This document shows positions 1-11,718 of a stretch of 64,000 nt of DNA, in pieces. The position numbers and the translations under genes are program-made. The stretch is from Candidatus Gorgyraea atricola. GTDB lineage: Bacteria; Omnitrophota; Gorgyraeia; Gorgyraeales; Gorgyraeaceae. Location: the NCBI GenBank assembly GCA_030765235.1, contig JAVCCW010000029.1, positions 311,666-375,665 of the forward strand, written 5' to 3'. The notes below the pieces were generated by a model. The model was not told where the DNA came from, did no database searches, and saw only the letters and a list, made by a program, of their open reading frames with translations. Every line of letters starts with the position of its first letter. Position 1 is the first letter of the stretch.

Positions 1-264
1 GAAAAGGACGCGTCCAAGGAAGAGATTAACAGGGTACTTAAGGAAGCAGCTGAAGGAAAACTTAGCAGGGTTTTGGAATATTGTGACAAGCCGCTCGTAA
101 GCAAAGATTTCAATGGCAATCCAAAATCTTCCATAGTCGACGCAGCGCTTACCATTGTAATCGACAAGCGACTAGTAAAGGTCCTGAGCTGGTATGACAA
201 TGAATGGGGCTATTCCTCAAGAGTAGTCGACCTTATCGAGTTCATCGCTAATAAGGGATTGTAG
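1..264 (+). CDS. gap: Glyceraldehyde-3-phosphate dehydrogenase, C-terminal part (5' end outside the window)
   Basis: Open frame from position 1; KVLSWYDNEWGYSSRVVDL is the GAPDH C-terminal signature; pgk and tpiA lie downstream. Confidence 0.96.
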   Translation, partial: EKDASKEEINRVLKEAAEGKLSRVLEYCDKPLVSKDFNGNPKSSIVDAALTIVIDKRLVKVLSWYDNEWGYSSRVVDLIEFIANKGL

Positions 265-267
265 TAA

Positions 268-402
268 ATGTTTGTTGTGAGTTGTGAGGGTTGGTTGTGT
301 GTTGTGTGTCGGGTTGTGGGGATGGGTAGTGAGTTCTAACCCCACCCACATAACTCATAACTCGACTCACAACCCACAACTCACCCCAACCCTCACAACA
401 TT
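268..402. repeat. Imperfect inverted repeat built from TTGTGAG/CTCACAA-like heptamers
   Basis: GT-rich left arm and CA-rich right arm; perfect 14-bp pair GTTGTGAGGGTTGG (281-294) / CCAACCCTCACAAC (386-399). Confidence 0.85.
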
Positions 403-408
403 AATATC

Positions 409-1815
409 ATGAATATCCTTTTCGTATCATCAGAAGTATTTCCATTTGCAAAAACAGGAGGGCTTGCCGATGTAGCGGCAGCCCTCCCTGTTGCGCTTTT
501 CAAAAAAGGCCACACCTGCAGCATCATACTCCCGTTTTATAAATGCGTAAAAGAAAGTGGATTTACGCCCGAGCTTTTTAAAAAAGAAAAAGGGTTTGAG
601 CTTTATTTCTTGAATCACGAGGGCGTTAACGTATATTTTATAAAAAAGGACGAGTATTTTGACAGGGATCAGTTATACGGCACGCCGCAGGGCGATTATC
701 CTGACAATGCGCTGCGCTTTGGATTTTTTGCAAAGTCTGTTATTGCGTCCATTCCTCATATTGGAAAAATCGATATACTTCATTGCAATGACTGGCAATC
801 AGCGCTTATCCCGCTTTACATCAGGCTCTTTCACAAAGAGCTCATCGTAAAAATCCTTTTTACAATACACAATATGGCTTATCAGGGCCTTTTTAATCGA
901 GAAGTCATGCGGGTCTTAGGCCTTCCTAAGAATTTATTCACGATGAATAGGCTGGAGTTCTGGGGCAGGCTTAATTTTATGAAGGCAGGCATTATATATT
1001 CTGATGTTCTTAGCACAGTGAGTAAAGGTTATAGCCGTGAGATCCTGACTCAGGAATTTGGATGTGGCCTGGACGGGCTTTTGCAGACGAGGAAAAAAGA
1101 CCTTTACGGTATAGTAAATGGTGCAGATTATTCCATATGGAATCCAGAGACAGATGATCTTATTATTAAAAAATATAGTAAGGATGATTTAAGTGGCAAA
1201 GTAGAATGCAAAAAAGATCTCTTAAAGCAATTTGACATAGAGTATAGCGCTGAGAGACCTGTTATTGGAATGATTACGCGTCTTGCTGAGCAAAAGGGCA
1301 TTGATTTAGTGGCAGACAGCATGGAGGAGATGCTGAATCTAGGTGTAGATTTTGTGCTCCTGGGATTTGGTGACCAGAAATACAATAATATCTTTAAGGA
1401 TCTTGCAAAACGCTACAAGGGCCGCGTTGGCGCAAAAATAGATTTTGACAATGCTCTCGCGCACAAAATAGAAGCAGGAAGCGACATGTTCCTCATGCCA
1501 TCGAGATACGAGCCCTGCGGCCTGAACCAACTCTACAGCATGAAATACGCCACAGTCCCAGTTGTCCGAGCAGTCGGTGGCCTGGACGACACTGTAGAAA
1601 ACTTTAACCCTGCCACAAAAAAAGGCAACGGCTTCAAATTCAAACACGCCACCAAGGATGCGGTGTTATCCGCCATCAAAAAAGCCACATCCCTATACAA
1701 AGACAAACCCTCATGGAGCGCTTTACTCCAAAACTCTCTCTCCTGCGACTTCTCCTGGTCCTCATCCGCTGAGAAGTATGAAGAGCTATACGCTAAACTC
1801 TTAAACTCAAAATAA
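409..1815 (+). CDS. glgA: Glycogen synthase (GT5)
   Basis: KTGGLADV, HCNDWQ, TIHN, MPSRYEPCGLNQ motifs. Confidence 0.96.
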   Translation: MNILFVSSEVFPFAKTGGLADVAAALPVALFKKGHTCSIILPFYKCVKESGFTPELFKKEKGFELYFLNHEGVNVYFIKKDEYFDRDQLYGTPQGDYPDNALRFGFFAKSVIASIPHIGKIDILHCNDWQSALIPLYIRLFHKELIVKILFTIHNMAYQGLFNREVMRVLGLPKNLFTMNRLEFWGRLNFMKAGIIYSDVLSTVSKGYSREILTQEFGCGLDGLLQTRKKDLYGIVNGADYSIWNPETDDLIIKKYSKDDLSGKVECKKDLLKQFDIEYSAERPVIGMITRLAEQKGIDLVADSMEEMLNLGVDFVLLGFGDQKYNNIFKDLAKRYKGRVGAKIDFDNALAHKIEAGSDMFLMPSRYEPCGLNQLYSMKYATVPVVRAVGGLDDTVENFNPATKKGNGFKFKHATKDAVLSAIKKATSLYKDKPSWSALLQNSLSCDFSWSSSAEKYEELYAKLLNSK

Positions 1816-1818
1816 CCC

Positions 1819-1847
1819 TTGACTATGATAGTATCATATGATACTAT
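1819..1847 (+). promoter_or_regulatory. Sigma70-type promoter of fic overlapped by a 20-bp palindrome
   Basis: TTGACT (1819-1824), 17 nt, TGn-TACTAT (1842-1847); perfect palindrome ATAGTATCATATGATACTAT at 1828-1847. Confidence 0.7.
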
Positions 1848-1854
1848 ATATAGT

Positions 1855-2814
1855 ATGAGACCGGTATTTGAAGTTACTTTAAAGATCCTTAACCTATGCA
1901 CGCGTATTACCCGTCTTTTAGGGCAATATGAGGGTCTAAAGCAGCCAAGGCCACAACCCATTCTTCGTAGGCACAGCCGTATTAAAAGCATCCAATCTTC
2001 TTTAGCCATCGAAGGCAATAGCCTTACAGAAGACCAGATCACAGACCTTTTAAATAATAAAAGGGTTATCGGGCCTGCAAAAGATATCCTTGAGGCAAAA
2101 AATGCCATTAAGGCTTATGATGTATTGCGAAGCTATCGTATCTATAACATCAAGTCTTTTCTATCCGCGCATAAAACCATGACGCGTGGTTTAGTAAAAG
2201 ATGCAGGAGAGTTAAGAAACAGTAATGTCGGTATATTCAAGGGTGAAAAAGTAGCGCATGTTGCTCCTAAGTTTCAGCTTGTGCCTAAGCTCATGGATGA
2301 ACTTTTTCAATTTCTAAAAGAAGAATCCGATATTCACCCTTTAGTAAAGTCCAGTGTCTTTCATTATGAGATTGAGTTTATCCATCCATTTACTGATGGC
2401 AATGGACGCATGGGCCGGCTATGGCAATCAGCTATTCTTTTAGACTATCATCCTATGTTCGAATATATCCCTATTGAGTCAATAATCAAGAAGAAGCAGA
2501 AAGGGTATTATCAAGTTTTATCAGAAGCTGATAAGACGGGCACTTGTACCAAGTTTATCGAGTTTATACTAGCGGCCATTCACCAGTCAGCCAAGGAATT
2601 TTTTGCAGAACTTAGGCCCGAGGCAGAGACCATAGAGACGAGAATTGCTTTAGCCAAAAGCCATTTTCATAAACGTCGTTTCTCAAGAAAAGAGTACCTG
2701 ATTTTCCATAAGAATATTTCAACAGCTACAGCCAGTCGCGACCTCTTATTCGGAGTCAAACATAAAATCCTTAAAAAATCAGGAAAAAGAGCCCTGACCC
2801 GCTATAAATTTTGA
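1855..2814 (+). CDS. Fic family protein with probable C-terminal HTH
   Basis: Canonical HPFTDGNGRMGR motif, SLAIEGN motif, C-terminal ISTATASRDL HTH-like segment; ATG 1855 preferred to TTG 1819, which is the -35 box. Confidence 0.92.
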   Translation: MRPVFEVTLKILNLCTRITRLLGQYEGLKQPRPQPILRRHSRIKSIQSSLAIEGNSLTEDQITDLLNNKRVIGPAKDILEAKNAIKAYDVLRSYRIYNIKSFLSAHKTMTRGLVKDAGELRNSNVGIFKGEKVAHVAPKFQLVPKLMDELFQFLKEESDIHPLVKSSVFHYEIEFIHPFTDGNGRMGRLWQSAILLDYHPMFEYIPIESIIKKKQKGYYQVLSEADKTGTCTKFIEFILAAIHQSAKEFFAELRPEAETIETRIALAKSHFHKRRFSRKEYLIFHKNISTATASRDLLFGVKHKILKKSGKRALTRYKF

Positions 2815-2861
2815 GGTTCATTTCTCGACACATTTGTCCATCTATGTTATAATAAACCATC

Positions 2862-4835
2862 ATGAATAAAGTTTATTTTGCTTTAGGTCTGCATTTTCAC
2901 CAGCCTGTTGGGAATTTTAGTGAGATCTTGGAGCGGGCGTATGAGAAGTGTTATAAGCCATTTCTGGAGGTCTATTCTAAGTATCCTAATATAAAGATGT
3001 CCCTGCATCTCTCTGGTAATCTCCTGGATTATTTTGAGAAAGCGCATCCTGAGTTTTTGGATAAGGTCAAAGCTCTTATTGATCGCGGTCAGGTGGAGAT
3101 CATGGGAGGAGGATATTACGAGCCTATACTACAGGCAATACCGCAGAAGGATAGGGTTGGCCAGATAGAGATGCTTTCAAGGTATTTTGAGAATAGATTT
3201 GGAAAAAGGCCAACTGGCTTGTGGGTGCCGGAAAGGGTATGGTCTCCTGAGATAATACCAGATCTAGCTAAGTGCAACATGAAGTATGCTGTTTTAGATG
3301 ACGCGCATCTAATAAAAGCAGGCGTTAGCGAGGATGATTTATACGGGTATTTCATGACTCAGGACAAGGATACAAAGATCGCTATATTTCCTTCAGACAA
3401 GGCTCTTCGTTACATAATACCTTTCAGGCCGCCCCGCGATACAATAGATTACTTCAGGGACATTGCAAGGAAAAAGACTGCACCGCTATTCATCTATGGG
3501 GATGATGCTGAGAAATTCGGGGAATGGCCTTATACGCATGACTGGGTGTATAAAAAAGGCTGGCTGGATAGTTTTTTTAAAAGCCTTACCAGGAATCAAC
3601 AGTGGATAGAGACGATCAGGTTTTCTGATTACTTGTCGCTATTCCAGCCCCTAAAAGAGCTCCATGTCCCAGAGGCATCTTATGAGGAGATGATGGAGTG
3701 GGCAAATGGATCGTGGATGAATTATTTAGAGCGCTATCCTGAGTCAAATCAGATGCACAAGCGAATGACGCTTATAAGCGAGAGGGTCACAGGCCTGGTT
3801 AATAGCCCGCACTTTGAAGCTAACAGGAATAAGGTTATAGAGGCGAGAAGGGAATTATATAAAGGCCAGACTAATTGCCCGTACTGGCACGGTGTATTTG
3901 GTGGGATCTACATGCATCATTTAAGGGGCGCAGTGTACGAGCATCTTATAAATGCGGACAGGATCTGCGACGAAGTAGAGGAAACATATCAAAATGGCTC
4001 TGTCAATACAAGGGATATTGATTTTTACAATGATGGCAATAGCACTGTGATCTGCGAGAACAAGGATTTTTTTCTATGCATAGATCCTGCGAGCGGAGGC
4101 GTTATAAGGGAACTGGACTATAAGCCAAGGTCAGTTAATTTTGTAAATACGCTTGCAAGACGTAAAGAATCTTATCATACGAAGATTTTGGAAAGGATCA
4201 ATAATAAGGTCACTGAGCCGCTCGCGATCCAAGAGGCTATTAAGAAGGTGGATCCCAGGATCAAGAAGGGGATTTTTTATGATAAGTTCAAGAGGGCGTG
4301 CCTGGTGGATCATTTTATAGATAAGGATCTGGAGAAGAATGATTTTGCGGATTGTAATTATGCTGATGATGGAGATTTTGCAGAGGGCCGCTATAATGTT
4401 GCGGAAGAAGAAGGCAGAGTTCTTTTGTCGCGCACAGGAAAACTCGGAGATAAATCAATAGAGGTTATGAAGGCGGTTTCTCTTTCGTCTGCTAAAGAAG
4501 TGGGGATTGTTTACACTTTGAAGAATAAGAGTAGCTCTAGAATCAATACATGTTTTGGCACAGAGCTAAACATAGCTATGCCCGGCGGCGAGACTGATAA
4601 GTTCGTAAGATCCGGCAATGCGTTTTCTGTAAAGGATGCGCAAGGCGCGCTGGAGCTTGATTTTATATTTTCCAAAAAGCCAGACAAGTTCTGGCACTTT
4701 CCAGTCCACACAGTCTCCCAATCAGAACGCGCGTACAGCCTGAGCTACCAGTCCCTGTGCATTTTCCCGATCTGGAACATAAAACTAGGCGCAGGAGAAG
4801 AATTCGAATTTTCCATAAGACTGATCGTGGTATGA
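2862..4835 (+). CDS. GH57 alpha-amylase/4-alpha-glucanotransferase
   Basis: HFHQP, GGGYYEPI, WVPERVW, DDAEKFG, YWHGVFGGIY, TVSQSE motifs. Confidence 0.92.
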   Translation: MNKVYFALGLHFHQPVGNFSEILERAYEKCYKPFLEVYSKYPNIKMSLHLSGNLLDYFEKAHPEFLDKVKALIDRGQVEIMGGGYYEPILQAIPQKDRVGQIEMLSRYFENRFGKRPTGLWVPERVWSPEIIPDLAKCNMKYAVLDDAHLIKAGVSEDDLYGYFMTQDKDTKIAIFPSDKALRYIIPFRPPRDTIDYFRDIARKKTAPLFIYGDDAEKFGEWPYTHDWVYKKGWLDSFFKSLTRNQQWIETIRFSDYLSLFQPLKELHVPEASYEEMMEWANGSWMNYLERYPESNQMHKRMTLISERVTGLVNSPHFEANRNKVIEARRELYKGQTNCPYWHGVFGGIYMHHLRGAVYEHLINADRICDEVEETYQNGSVNTRDIDFYNDGNSTVICENKDFFLCIDPASGGVIRELDYKPRSVNFVNTLARRKESYHTKILERINNKVTEPLAIQEAIKKVDPRIKKGIFYDKFKRACLVDHFIDKDLEKNDFADCNYADDGDFAEGRYNVAEEEGRVLLSRTGKLGDKSIEVMKAVSLSSAKEVGIVYTLKNKSSSRINTCFGTELNIAMPGGETDKFVRSGNAFSVKDAQGALELDFIFSKKPDKFWHFPVHTVSQSERAYSLSYQSLCIFPIWNIKLGAGEEFEFSIRLIVV

Positions 4836-4841
4836 TTAGCT

Positions 4842-4880
4842 AAAGTAGACAAAACAGACAATGACTGTTTTGTCTACTTT
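4842..4880. repeat. REP-like palindrome AAAGTAGACAAAACAG-N7-CTGTTTTGTCTACTTT, copy 1
   Basis: 16-bp perfect stem; near-identical copy at 48851-48893. Confidence 0.88.
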
Positions 4881-4945
4881 TCAGTTGCATCCCACACATA
4901 TTTATGCTATAAATAATAGCTTATTAAGGGTGGAGGAGTTTGTCC

Positions 4946-6133
4946 ATGAATAAGAAGACTATAAAGGATATTGAGATTAAGGGTAAGCGGGTTTTGATGC
5001 GGGTGGATTTTAATGTGCCGTTGGATAAGGATTTGAGGATATCTGACGATACTCGTATACGCGCAGCGCTGCCTACTATAAAATATGCTGTGGAGCAGGG
5101 CGCAAAGGTGGTTTTGATGAGCCATCTTGGTCGGCCTAAGGGGCAGGTAGTTGATTCTATGAGACTGACACCTATTGCTGAGCGGCTTTCTGAGCTTTTA
5201 GGTAAGCCTGTTAAGAAACTGGATGAGTGTGTTGGCGCTGATGTAAAAAAGGTTGTATCTGGCATGAAGGTCGGAGATGTGGTTTTGCTTGAGAATCTCA
5301 GGTTTCATGCTGAGGAGACAAAGAATAATCCTGATTTTGCAAAGAAACTTGCTGCGCTGGGCGATGTTTATGTAAATGACGCGTTTGGTACTGCTCATCG
5401 GGCTCATGCTTCTACAGAAGGCGTTACAAAATTTATAAAGATCTCTGCTGCAGGATTTTTACTTGGCAAGGAGATTGAGTATTTTGATAAAGCCCTTTCT
5501 GATCCGCCAAAGCCATTTGTGGCAATACTGGGCGGCGCAAAGGTATCAGATAAGATCATGGTGATCGAGAATCTTTTGGAAAAGGTGCATGCGATTCTTA
5601 TTGGTGGCGGCATGGCCTATACATTTATTAAGGCAGAGGGTAAAGAGATAGGAAATTCCAAGCTAGAGGCAGATAAGATAGATGTTGCAAAGTCACTGAT
5701 AGAAAAGGCAAAGGCAAAGGGTGTAAAGATATTATTGCCTGTGGATCATTTGATCGCTGACAAGATCGATGCATATAGTAACACCAAGGTCGTAGATGAG
5801 ACCATACCAGTTAACTGGATGGGTGTTGATATCGGACCCAAGACAGTGGATGAATTTAAGAAAGAATTGCGCAATGCCAAGATGATCATATGGAACGGGC
5901 CTTTAGGAATATTTGAAATATCGAAATTCGCAAGAGGCACAGAGGATGTGGCAAGATTTGTTGCAGGACTTGATAAGGCAATCACGATCATAGGCGGAGG
6001 CGACACAGCAAGCGCAATATCAAAGTTTGGATTAGAGAATGCAATGACGCACATCTCCACAGGAGGCGGAGCGTCATTAGAATACATGGAAGGCAAGGTG
6101 CTGCCAGGTATCGCAGCACTCAACGACAAATAG
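4946..6133 (+). CDS. pgk: Phosphoglycerate kinase
   Basis: [43 protein letters not shown]. Confidence 0.98.
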   Translation: MNKKTIKDIEIKGKRVLMRVDFNVPLDKDLRISDDTRIRAALPTIKYAVEQGAKVVLMSHLGRPKGQVVDSMRLTPIAERLSELLGKPVKKLDECVGADVKKVVSGMKVGDVVLLENLRFHAEETKNNPDFAKKLAALGDVYVNDAFGTAHRAHASTEGVTKFIKISAAGFLLGKEIEYFDKALSDPPKPFVAILGGAKVSDKIMVIENLLEKVHAILIGGGMAYTFIKAEGKEIGNSKLEADKIDVAKSLIEKAKAKGVKILLPVDHLIADKIDAYSNTKVVDETIPVNWMGVDIGPKTVDEFKKELRNAKMIIWNGPLGIFEISKFARGTEDVARFVAGLDKAITIIGGGDTASAISKFGLENAMTHISTGGGASLEYMEGKVLPGIAALNDK

Positions 6134-6142
6134 GAGATATAG

Positions 6143-6901
6143 ATGAGACGACCGATTATTGCTGGAAACTGGAAGATGAATAAGACTGTACAAGAGGCCA
6201 TGGATGTGGCTGTAGGGTTAAAGAGAAAATTCTATACTTTTTCAGAGGCAGATGTTGTGATATGTCCTCCATTTACAGCGCTCAGTAAAATACATGATGA
6301 GATAATAGACTCGAGCATAATGCTGGGGGCGCAGGATATGTATTGGGAGGCAGAGGGTGCTTTTACAGGAGAGATCTCGCCCAATATGCTAAGGGATGCT
6401 GGATGCAGATATGTGATCATAGGCCATTCTGAGAGAAGGCATATATTTGGAGAGACAGATGAAGATGTAAATAAAAAGCTCAAGATCGTGCTAAAACATG
6501 GCATGGTTCCTATAATGTGTGTTGGCGAAAAGCTTGAGGAACGGGACAATGGCATGACATTTGAAGTATTGGAAAAGCAGCTATCAAGGGGCTTAAAGGA
6601 TTTTCAGAAGGATGAGGTAATGCGTATTGTCATAGCTTATGAGCCAGTGTGGGCAATTGGCACAGGAAGGACTGCCACGCCGCAGCAGGCGCAGGAGGCG
6701 CATAAGTTTATCCGGGATTTTATAGAGCGCACTTATACTAAAGAGGCAGCTGTGAAAGTCAGGATACAGTATGGTGGAAGCGTAAAACCTGATAACATTT
6801 CAAATCTTATGTCGCAGGAAGATGTAGATGGCGCGCTGGTGGGCGGCGCAAGCCTTGATGTAAATTCATTCACGGAAATAGTTAAAAACGCTGTTTTATA
6901 A
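6143..6901 (+). CDS. tpiA: Triosephosphate isomerase
   Basis: AGNWKMN, IGHSERR, AYEPVWAIGTG, YGGSV. Confidence 0.98.
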   Translation: MRRPIIAGNWKMNKTVQEAMDVAVGLKRKFYTFSEADVVICPPFTALSKIHDEIIDSSIMLGAQDMYWEAEGAFTGEISPNMLRDAGCRYVIIGHSERRHIFGETDEDVNKKLKIVLKHGMVPIMCVGEKLEERDNGMTFEVLEKQLSRGLKDFQKDEVMRIVIAYEPVWAIGTGRTATPQQAQEAHKFIRDFIERTYTKEAAVKVRIQYGGSVKPDNISNLMSQEDVDGALVGGASLDVNSFTEIVKNAVL

Positions 6902-6910
6902 GGAGGCAAA

Positions 6911-7282
6911 ATGTACGGAGTGATCATTACTATACATGTAATCGCGAGTATCTTTTTGATACTGGTAATACTCTTGCAGGCGGGAAGAGGCGGAGGTCTG
7001 GCTGATTCATTCGGTGGTTCGCAGATGCAGAGCATGTTTGGCACAAAGAGCGCAAATGTACTTTCAAAGCTTACTGCTATATGCGCAGTCGCATTTATAG
7101 TAACGTGTCTGACTCTTGCGATTATTTCGAGCCGCAGGTCTAAATCTGTCGTAGATAAGGTTAATATACCTGCGCCTGTGTCAGTACCCCAGCAAACAAC
7201 AACAGTTGATGTTAGTGTTGCAGAGCCAGAAGCAGAGGCAACTACTATAACTCCAGACCAGACGCAAGAGGAAGCTGAATAA
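6911..7282 (+). CDS. secG: Preprotein translocase subunit SecG
   Basis: Two TM segments, ILLQAGRGGGLADSFGG, conserved position after tpiA. Confidence 0.93.
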   Translation: MYGVIITIHVIASIFLILVILLQAGRGGGLADSFGGSQMQSMFGTKSANVLSKLTAICAVAFIVTCLTLAIISSRRSKSVVDKVNIPAPVSVPQQTTTVDVSVAEPEAEATTITPDQTQEEAE

Positions 7283-7296
7283 GGTCTAATTTAATT

Positions 7297-8904
7297 ATGC
7301 ATGAGGACATGCTTAAAATTATAAGGGCCGTCTTTAAAAAGGCGGCCCTTTTGTTTTTATTGTTAGGTCTTTTAGGATTCAGGCCTGATTATGGGGATGC
7401 GATCGTGGCTGGCTCCATTGGCGAGCCGCGCACACTCATTCCTATATTAGCGTCTGATTCTGCGTCAGGCGCGATCTGTGGACTTGTATTCAATGGCCTT
7501 GTGAAATACGATAAGGATCTGAATTTAGTCGGAGACCTGGCTGAGACATGGGATGTCTCAGAAGACGGGCTTGAGATCACATTTTATTTAAGAAAAGGTG
7601 TAAGGTGGCACGACGGCGCGCCTTTTACAGCAAGGGATGTGGAATTTACTTATAAAAGCCTGATCGATCCGAATGTAAGGACAGCGTATAGCGGTGATTT
7701 TCAGATGGTTGAGAAATTCGATGTCTTGGATGACTATAGATTAAAGGTCACGTATAAAGAGCCGTTCTCGCCAGGCCTTTCGAGCTGGGGCATGAATATT
7801 ATGCCGCGACATTTGCTTGAGAAAGAGGATCTAAATAAAACAGAATTTTCAAGATCGCCCATTGGCACAGGGCGATATAAATTTAGTCTCTGGAAAACAG
7901 GAGAGAGACTTGAGCTCGTCTCGAATCATGATTATTTTGAAGGGCGGCCGCATATTGATAGATATATTTACAGGATCATACCTGACCAGGCAACCATGTT
8001 TCTGGAGCTGCGCTCAGAGGGCGTAGATTATATTGGGCTTACGCCTTTACAATTCAGCCGCCAGACACAGACAAAATTTTTCAAAGAAGATTTTCAAAAG
8101 TTTCGCTTTCCGAGTTTTGGTTATACATATCTGGGATACAGTTTAAAGGATCCGAGGTTTCAGGATCTAAAGGTCAGGCAGGCAATAAATTATGCAATAG
8201 ATAAGGAAGAGATTATTCGCGGCGTACTTCTGGGTCTTGGTAGGGTTGCAACAGGACCTTTTTTGCCAGAGTCATGGGCATACAATAAGGATGTTAAGGC
8301 CATAGGTTATAATCCTGATAAGGCGAGGCTGCTTTTGAAGGAAGCTGGGTGGCAGGATAGAGATGGTGACGGGATTTTAGAAAAAGATGGCGGGAAATTT
8401 TCATTTACTGTTGTTACAAATCAGGGAAATGAGCAGCGCAGGATGACAGCTGAGATTATTCAGCGCAGGCTCAAAGAAGTAGGCATTGAGCTTAAGATAA
8501 AGATAATCGAATGGAGTTCTTTTGTGAGTGAATTTATTGACAAGCGCAGGTTTGAAGCTGTGCTTTTAGGCTGGGGCCTTGGCCAGGACCCTGATATGTA
8601 TGATATCTGGCATTCGTCAAAGACAAAAGAGGGCGAATTTAATTTTGTTGGGTATGGAAATAAAGAGGTGGATGGGTTGCTTTTAGAAGGCCGCCGCACT
8701 TTTGATCAAAACGAACGCGCAAGGATCTATCACAGGATCCATGAGATCCTTTACGAGGAGCAGCCGTATCTATTTTTATACGTTCCAGACAGTCTGCCTA
8801 TTATTCATGGCAGGTTTAAAGGCATTGAGGTCGGCGCAGCAGGCATTGGCCATAATTTCATAGAGTGGTACGTGTCGAAAAGCGAACAGAAATACATAAG
8901 ATAG
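7297..8904 (+). CDS. Peptide ABC transporter substrate-binding protein (family 5)
   Basis: [35 protein letters not shown]; start could be 7309. Confidence 0.92.
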   Translation: MHEDMLKIIRAVFKKAALLFLLLGLLGFRPDYGDAIVAGSIGEPRTLIPILASDSASGAICGLVFNGLVKYDKDLNLVGDLAETWDVSEDGLEITFYLRKGVRWHDGAPFTARDVEFTYKSLIDPNVRTAYSGDFQMVEKFDVLDDYRLKVTYKEPFSPGLSSWGMNIMPRHLLEKEDLNKTEFSRSPIGTGRYKFSLWKTGERLELVSNHDYFEGRPHIDRYIYRIIPDQATMFLELRSEGVDYIGLTPLQFSRQTQTKFFKEDFQKFRFPSFGYTYLGYSLKDPRFQDLKVRQAINYAIDKEEIIRGVLLGLGRVATGPFLPESWAYNKDVKAIGYNPDKARLLLKEAGWQDRDGDGILEKDGGKFSFTVVTNQGNEQRRMTAEIIQRRLKEVGIELKIKIIEWSSFVSEFIDKRRFEAVLLGWGLGQDPDMYDIWHSSKTKEGEFNFVGYGNKEVDGLLLEGRRTFDQNERARIYHRIHEILYEEQPYLFLYVPDSLPIIHGRFKGIEVGAAGIGHNFIEWYVSKSEQKYIR

Positions 8905-8914
8905 CGCGTTAAAA

Positions 8915-8936
8915 GCCGAGGTCCAGCCTCGGCAGG
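8915..8936 (-). repeat. Short hairpin repeat GCCGAGGCTGGACCTCGGC, copy 1
   Basis: 19-mer at 8915-8933 is the exact reverse complement of 18163-18181; followed by AGG, giving a CCTG start on the minus strand. Confidence 0.8.
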
Positions 8937-8938
8937 AT

Positions 8939-9910
8939 ATGATTAAATATATTTTTCGTAGAATAATAGGGCTAATTCCACTTCTCCTGGGTATAACCAT
9001 AATTACCTTTGCAGTGATACATCTTGCGCCAGGTAAGCCCACTGACATGGAGACGCAATTTAATCCAAAGGTCTCGCTCGAGGCCAGGCAGAGGATGATG
9101 ACTTTGTATGGGCTGGATAAGCCTATTCATGTGCAGTATACAGATTGGCTCAAAAGGCTTTTGCGATTTGATTTCGGTGTTTCTTTTGTTGATTCAAGGC
9201 CAGTCATTAAAAAGATAGGTGAGCGCATACCAGTTACGCTTGGCATAAATCTTGCATCAATGATCTTGATCTTATTGATCGCTATTCCTATAGGCGTGAG
9301 CTCTGCAGTAAAAGAGAAAAGTTTCTATGATAGATCAATGACAGTGTTCGTGTTCATTGGTTTTGCCATACCTACTTTCTGGCTGAGCTTGATGCTTATG
9401 GATCTTGTAGGTGTGCGGTGGGGGCTTTTGCCTGTCTCAGGCATAAAGTCGTTGGAGTTCGATAAGTTTAATTTTGTTGAGAAGGTGATTGATATTGCGC
9501 GGCATTTAATCCTGCCTGTTATTGTTTCAGCATTCGGAGGCCTTGCTGGGATCTCACGATATATGCGCAGTAACATGGTGCATGTCTTGAAACAGGATTA
9601 TATCAGGACTGCAAGGGCAAAGGGTCTGAAGGAAAAAGATGTGATTTATAAGCACGCTCTAAAGAATGCGCTTTTGCCAGTCGTGACTATTTTAGGATTA
9701 TCAGTGCCAGGCCTTATAGGCGGCAGTGTTATATTTGAATCGATTTTCAGCATCCCTGGTATGGGCAGACTTTTTTACGAATCAGTAATGGCTCGGGATT
9801 ATCCTGTGATTATGGGAGTCTTAGTGATTGGCGCAGCACTGACCTTATTAGGAAATCTCCTGGCAGATGTCTCTTACGCAGCAGTTGATCCAAGGATAAA
9901 GTATGAATAA
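8939..9910 (+). CDS. Peptide ABC transporter permease (OppB/DppB-like)
   Basis: [25 protein letters not shown]. Confidence 0.94.
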   Translation: MIKYIFRRIIGLIPLLLGITIITFAVIHLAPGKPTDMETQFNPKVSLEARQRMMTLYGLDKPIHVQYTDWLKRLLRFDFGVSFVDSRPVIKKIGERIPVTLGINLASMILILLIAIPIGVSSAVKEKSFYDRSMTVFVFIGFAIPTFWLSLMLMDLVGVRWGLLPVSGIKSLEFDKFNFVEKVIDIARHLILPVIVSAFGGLAGISRYMRSNMVHVLKQDYIRTARAKGLKEKDVIYKHALKNALLPVVTILGLSVPGLIGGSVIFESIFSIPGMGRLFYESVMARDYPVIMGVLVIGAALTLLGNLLADVSYAAVDPRIKYE

Positions 9911-10697
9911 ATTAATGATTTTTGGAATCGTAATTGTGGCCTTTTTTGCAATAATAGCAATCCTTGCGCCATTTATTGCACCTTATGATCCTGGCAAGAT
10001 TGATATTGAAAATATTCTTATAGGGCCGTCAAAGGCGCATCTTTTTGGTACTGATAGTCTGGGCAGGGATTTATTTAGCCGCATGGTTTATGGCACGCGC
10101 ATATCTTTATTGGTCGGCCTGATAGCAGTGGGTATTTCTGCGCTTATTGGAATTTTACTGGGGTCAATCGCAGGCTATTACGGCAGGTGGGTGGATCTCT
10201 TGATCATGAGATTTGTAGATATCATGCTTTGTTTCCCAACATTTTTTCTAATATTAGCTGTGATCGCGCTTTTAGAGCCAAGTATAGTGAACATTATGCT
10301 TATAATCGGCATTACGAGCTGGATGGGTGTTGCGCGACTCATCAGGGCAGAGATATTGAGTTTAAAGGAAAGGGATTTTATATACGCTGAGAGGGCGATC
10401 GGCGCAAGTGACTTCAGGATCATCGTAAAGCACCTGATCCCCAATGCCATGGCGCCTGTACTCGTGAGCATCACCCTTGGCATCGCAGCTGCGATTTTAG
10501 TGGAGTCGAGTCTGAGCTTCCTGGGCATAGGCGTGCAGCCACCCACGCCAAGCTGGGGCAACATCTTGAGTGAGGGCAAATCCGTAATGGGCGCAGCCTG
10601 GTGGATGATGCTATTCCCAGGCCTGGCGATTTTCATAACAGTGTTAGGCTATAACCTTCTCGGCGAAGGCCTTCGCGAGAAACTTTTAAAGACTTAA
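9903..10697 (+). CDS. Peptide ABC transporter permease (OppC/DppC-like)
   Basis: [25 protein letters not shown]. Confidence 0.94.
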   Translation: MNKLMIFGIVIVAFFAIIAILAPFIAPYDPGKIDIENILIGPSKAHLFGTDSLGRDLFSRMVYGTRISLLVGLIAVGISALIGILLGSIAGYYGRWVDLLIMRFVDIMLCFPTFFLILAVIALLEPSIVNIMLIIGITSWMGVARLIRAEILSLKERDFIYAERAIGASDFRIIVKHLIPNAMAPVLVSITLGIAAAILVESSLSFLGIGVQPPTPSWGNILSEGKSVMGAAWWMMLFPGLAIFITVLGYNLLGEGLREKLLKT

Positions 10698-10715
10698 GTT
10701 GACAGTTTAGCCAGG

Positions 10716-10761
10716 CTCCTCCTCTGTAGGCCAGGTTTAAACCTGGCCTACAGAGGAGGAG
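10716..10761. repeat. 46-bp perfect palindrome with GTAGG...CCTAC core (REP-like), copy 1
   Basis: CTCCTCCTCTGTAGGCCAGGTTT/AAACCTGGCCTACAGAGGAGGAG; second copy at 18961-18996. Confidence 0.9.
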
Positions 10762-10782
10762 TAAAGTTGAGGAAAAATAGGC

Positions 10783-11718
10783 ATGTTTTTACGGATAGAG
10801 GGTTTGAGGGTTGAATATAGTGGGGTAGAGGTTGTGCGAGGACTTGACTTGGATATCCCGAAGGGGGAGTGCGTGGGTCTTGTGGGCGAGTCAGGGTGCG
10901 GCAAGACTACTGTTGGACTTGCTATAACTCGGCTGATACCTATTCAGAAAGGCAGGATCTTATTGGAAGACAGAGATGTCATGACTCTAAATCCTGAGGA
11001 ATTGAGAAAGATCAGAGGCAAGAAGATCTCATATGTATTTCAGGATCCGTTTAGTTCACTCAATCCTGTTTTTACTGTTTATGATCAATTAAAGGAATGC
11101 CTGTCTGATGCAGGAAGGATTCCCGAGATTTTAGAAAGTGTCGGACTTGGTAAAATAATCGGCAAAAAGATCTATCCTCATGAACTCTCAGGCGGCATGC
11201 AGCAGCGTGTAATGATAGCCATGGCCATTGCGTCAAAGCCGGACCTACTCATCCTGGATGAACCTACAACAGCCCTGGATGTAACTATCCAAAATCAGAT
11301 ACTAGATCTTATAATGGGGCTGAAGAAAAGGATGGGACTTTCTATTTTATTTATTTCGCATGATTTAAAGACAGTCTTCAGGCTTGCTGATAGAGTAGCT
11401 GTAATGTATGCAGGTAGAGTTGCGGAACAAGGGCCGAGGGATAAAATAGTTTCATCGCCCAGTCACCCATATACAATGGGTTTAATAGATTCGATCCCGT
11501 CTCTTGAGCACAGAAAGAAGAAATTTAATGTGATCGAGGGTAGGACACCTTTATTTTCTGATTTACCACAGGGGTGCAAGTTTTATCCTCGGTGTAAATT
11601 TAAAGTAGACAAGTGCGCAAGAGAAGAGCCGCAGCTGGAAAGTATTTCTGAGCAGCATTTCTCGCGCTGTATCAGATCAAAGGAGCTTTTACTGGATGGA
11701 GCTAATAAAGGTAAGTAA
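10783..11718 (+). CDS. Peptide ABC transporter ATPase (OppD/DppD-like)
   Basis: [29 protein letters not shown], Cys-rich C-terminus. Confidence 0.94.
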   Translation: MFLRIEGLRVEYSGVEVVRGLDLDIPKGECVGLVGESGCGKTTVGLAITRLIPIQKGRILLEDRDVMTLNPEELRKIRGKKISYVFQDPFSSLNPVFTVYDQLKECLSDAGRIPEILESVGLGKIIGKKIYPHELSGGMQQRVMIAMAIASKPDLLILDEPTTALDVTIQNQILDLIMGLKKRMGLSILFISHDLKTVFRLADRVAVMYAGRVAEQGPRDKIVSSPSHPYTMGLIDSIPSLEHRKKKFNVIEGRTPLFSDLPQGCKFYPRCKFKVDKCAREEPQLESISEQHFSRCIRSKELLLDGANKGK

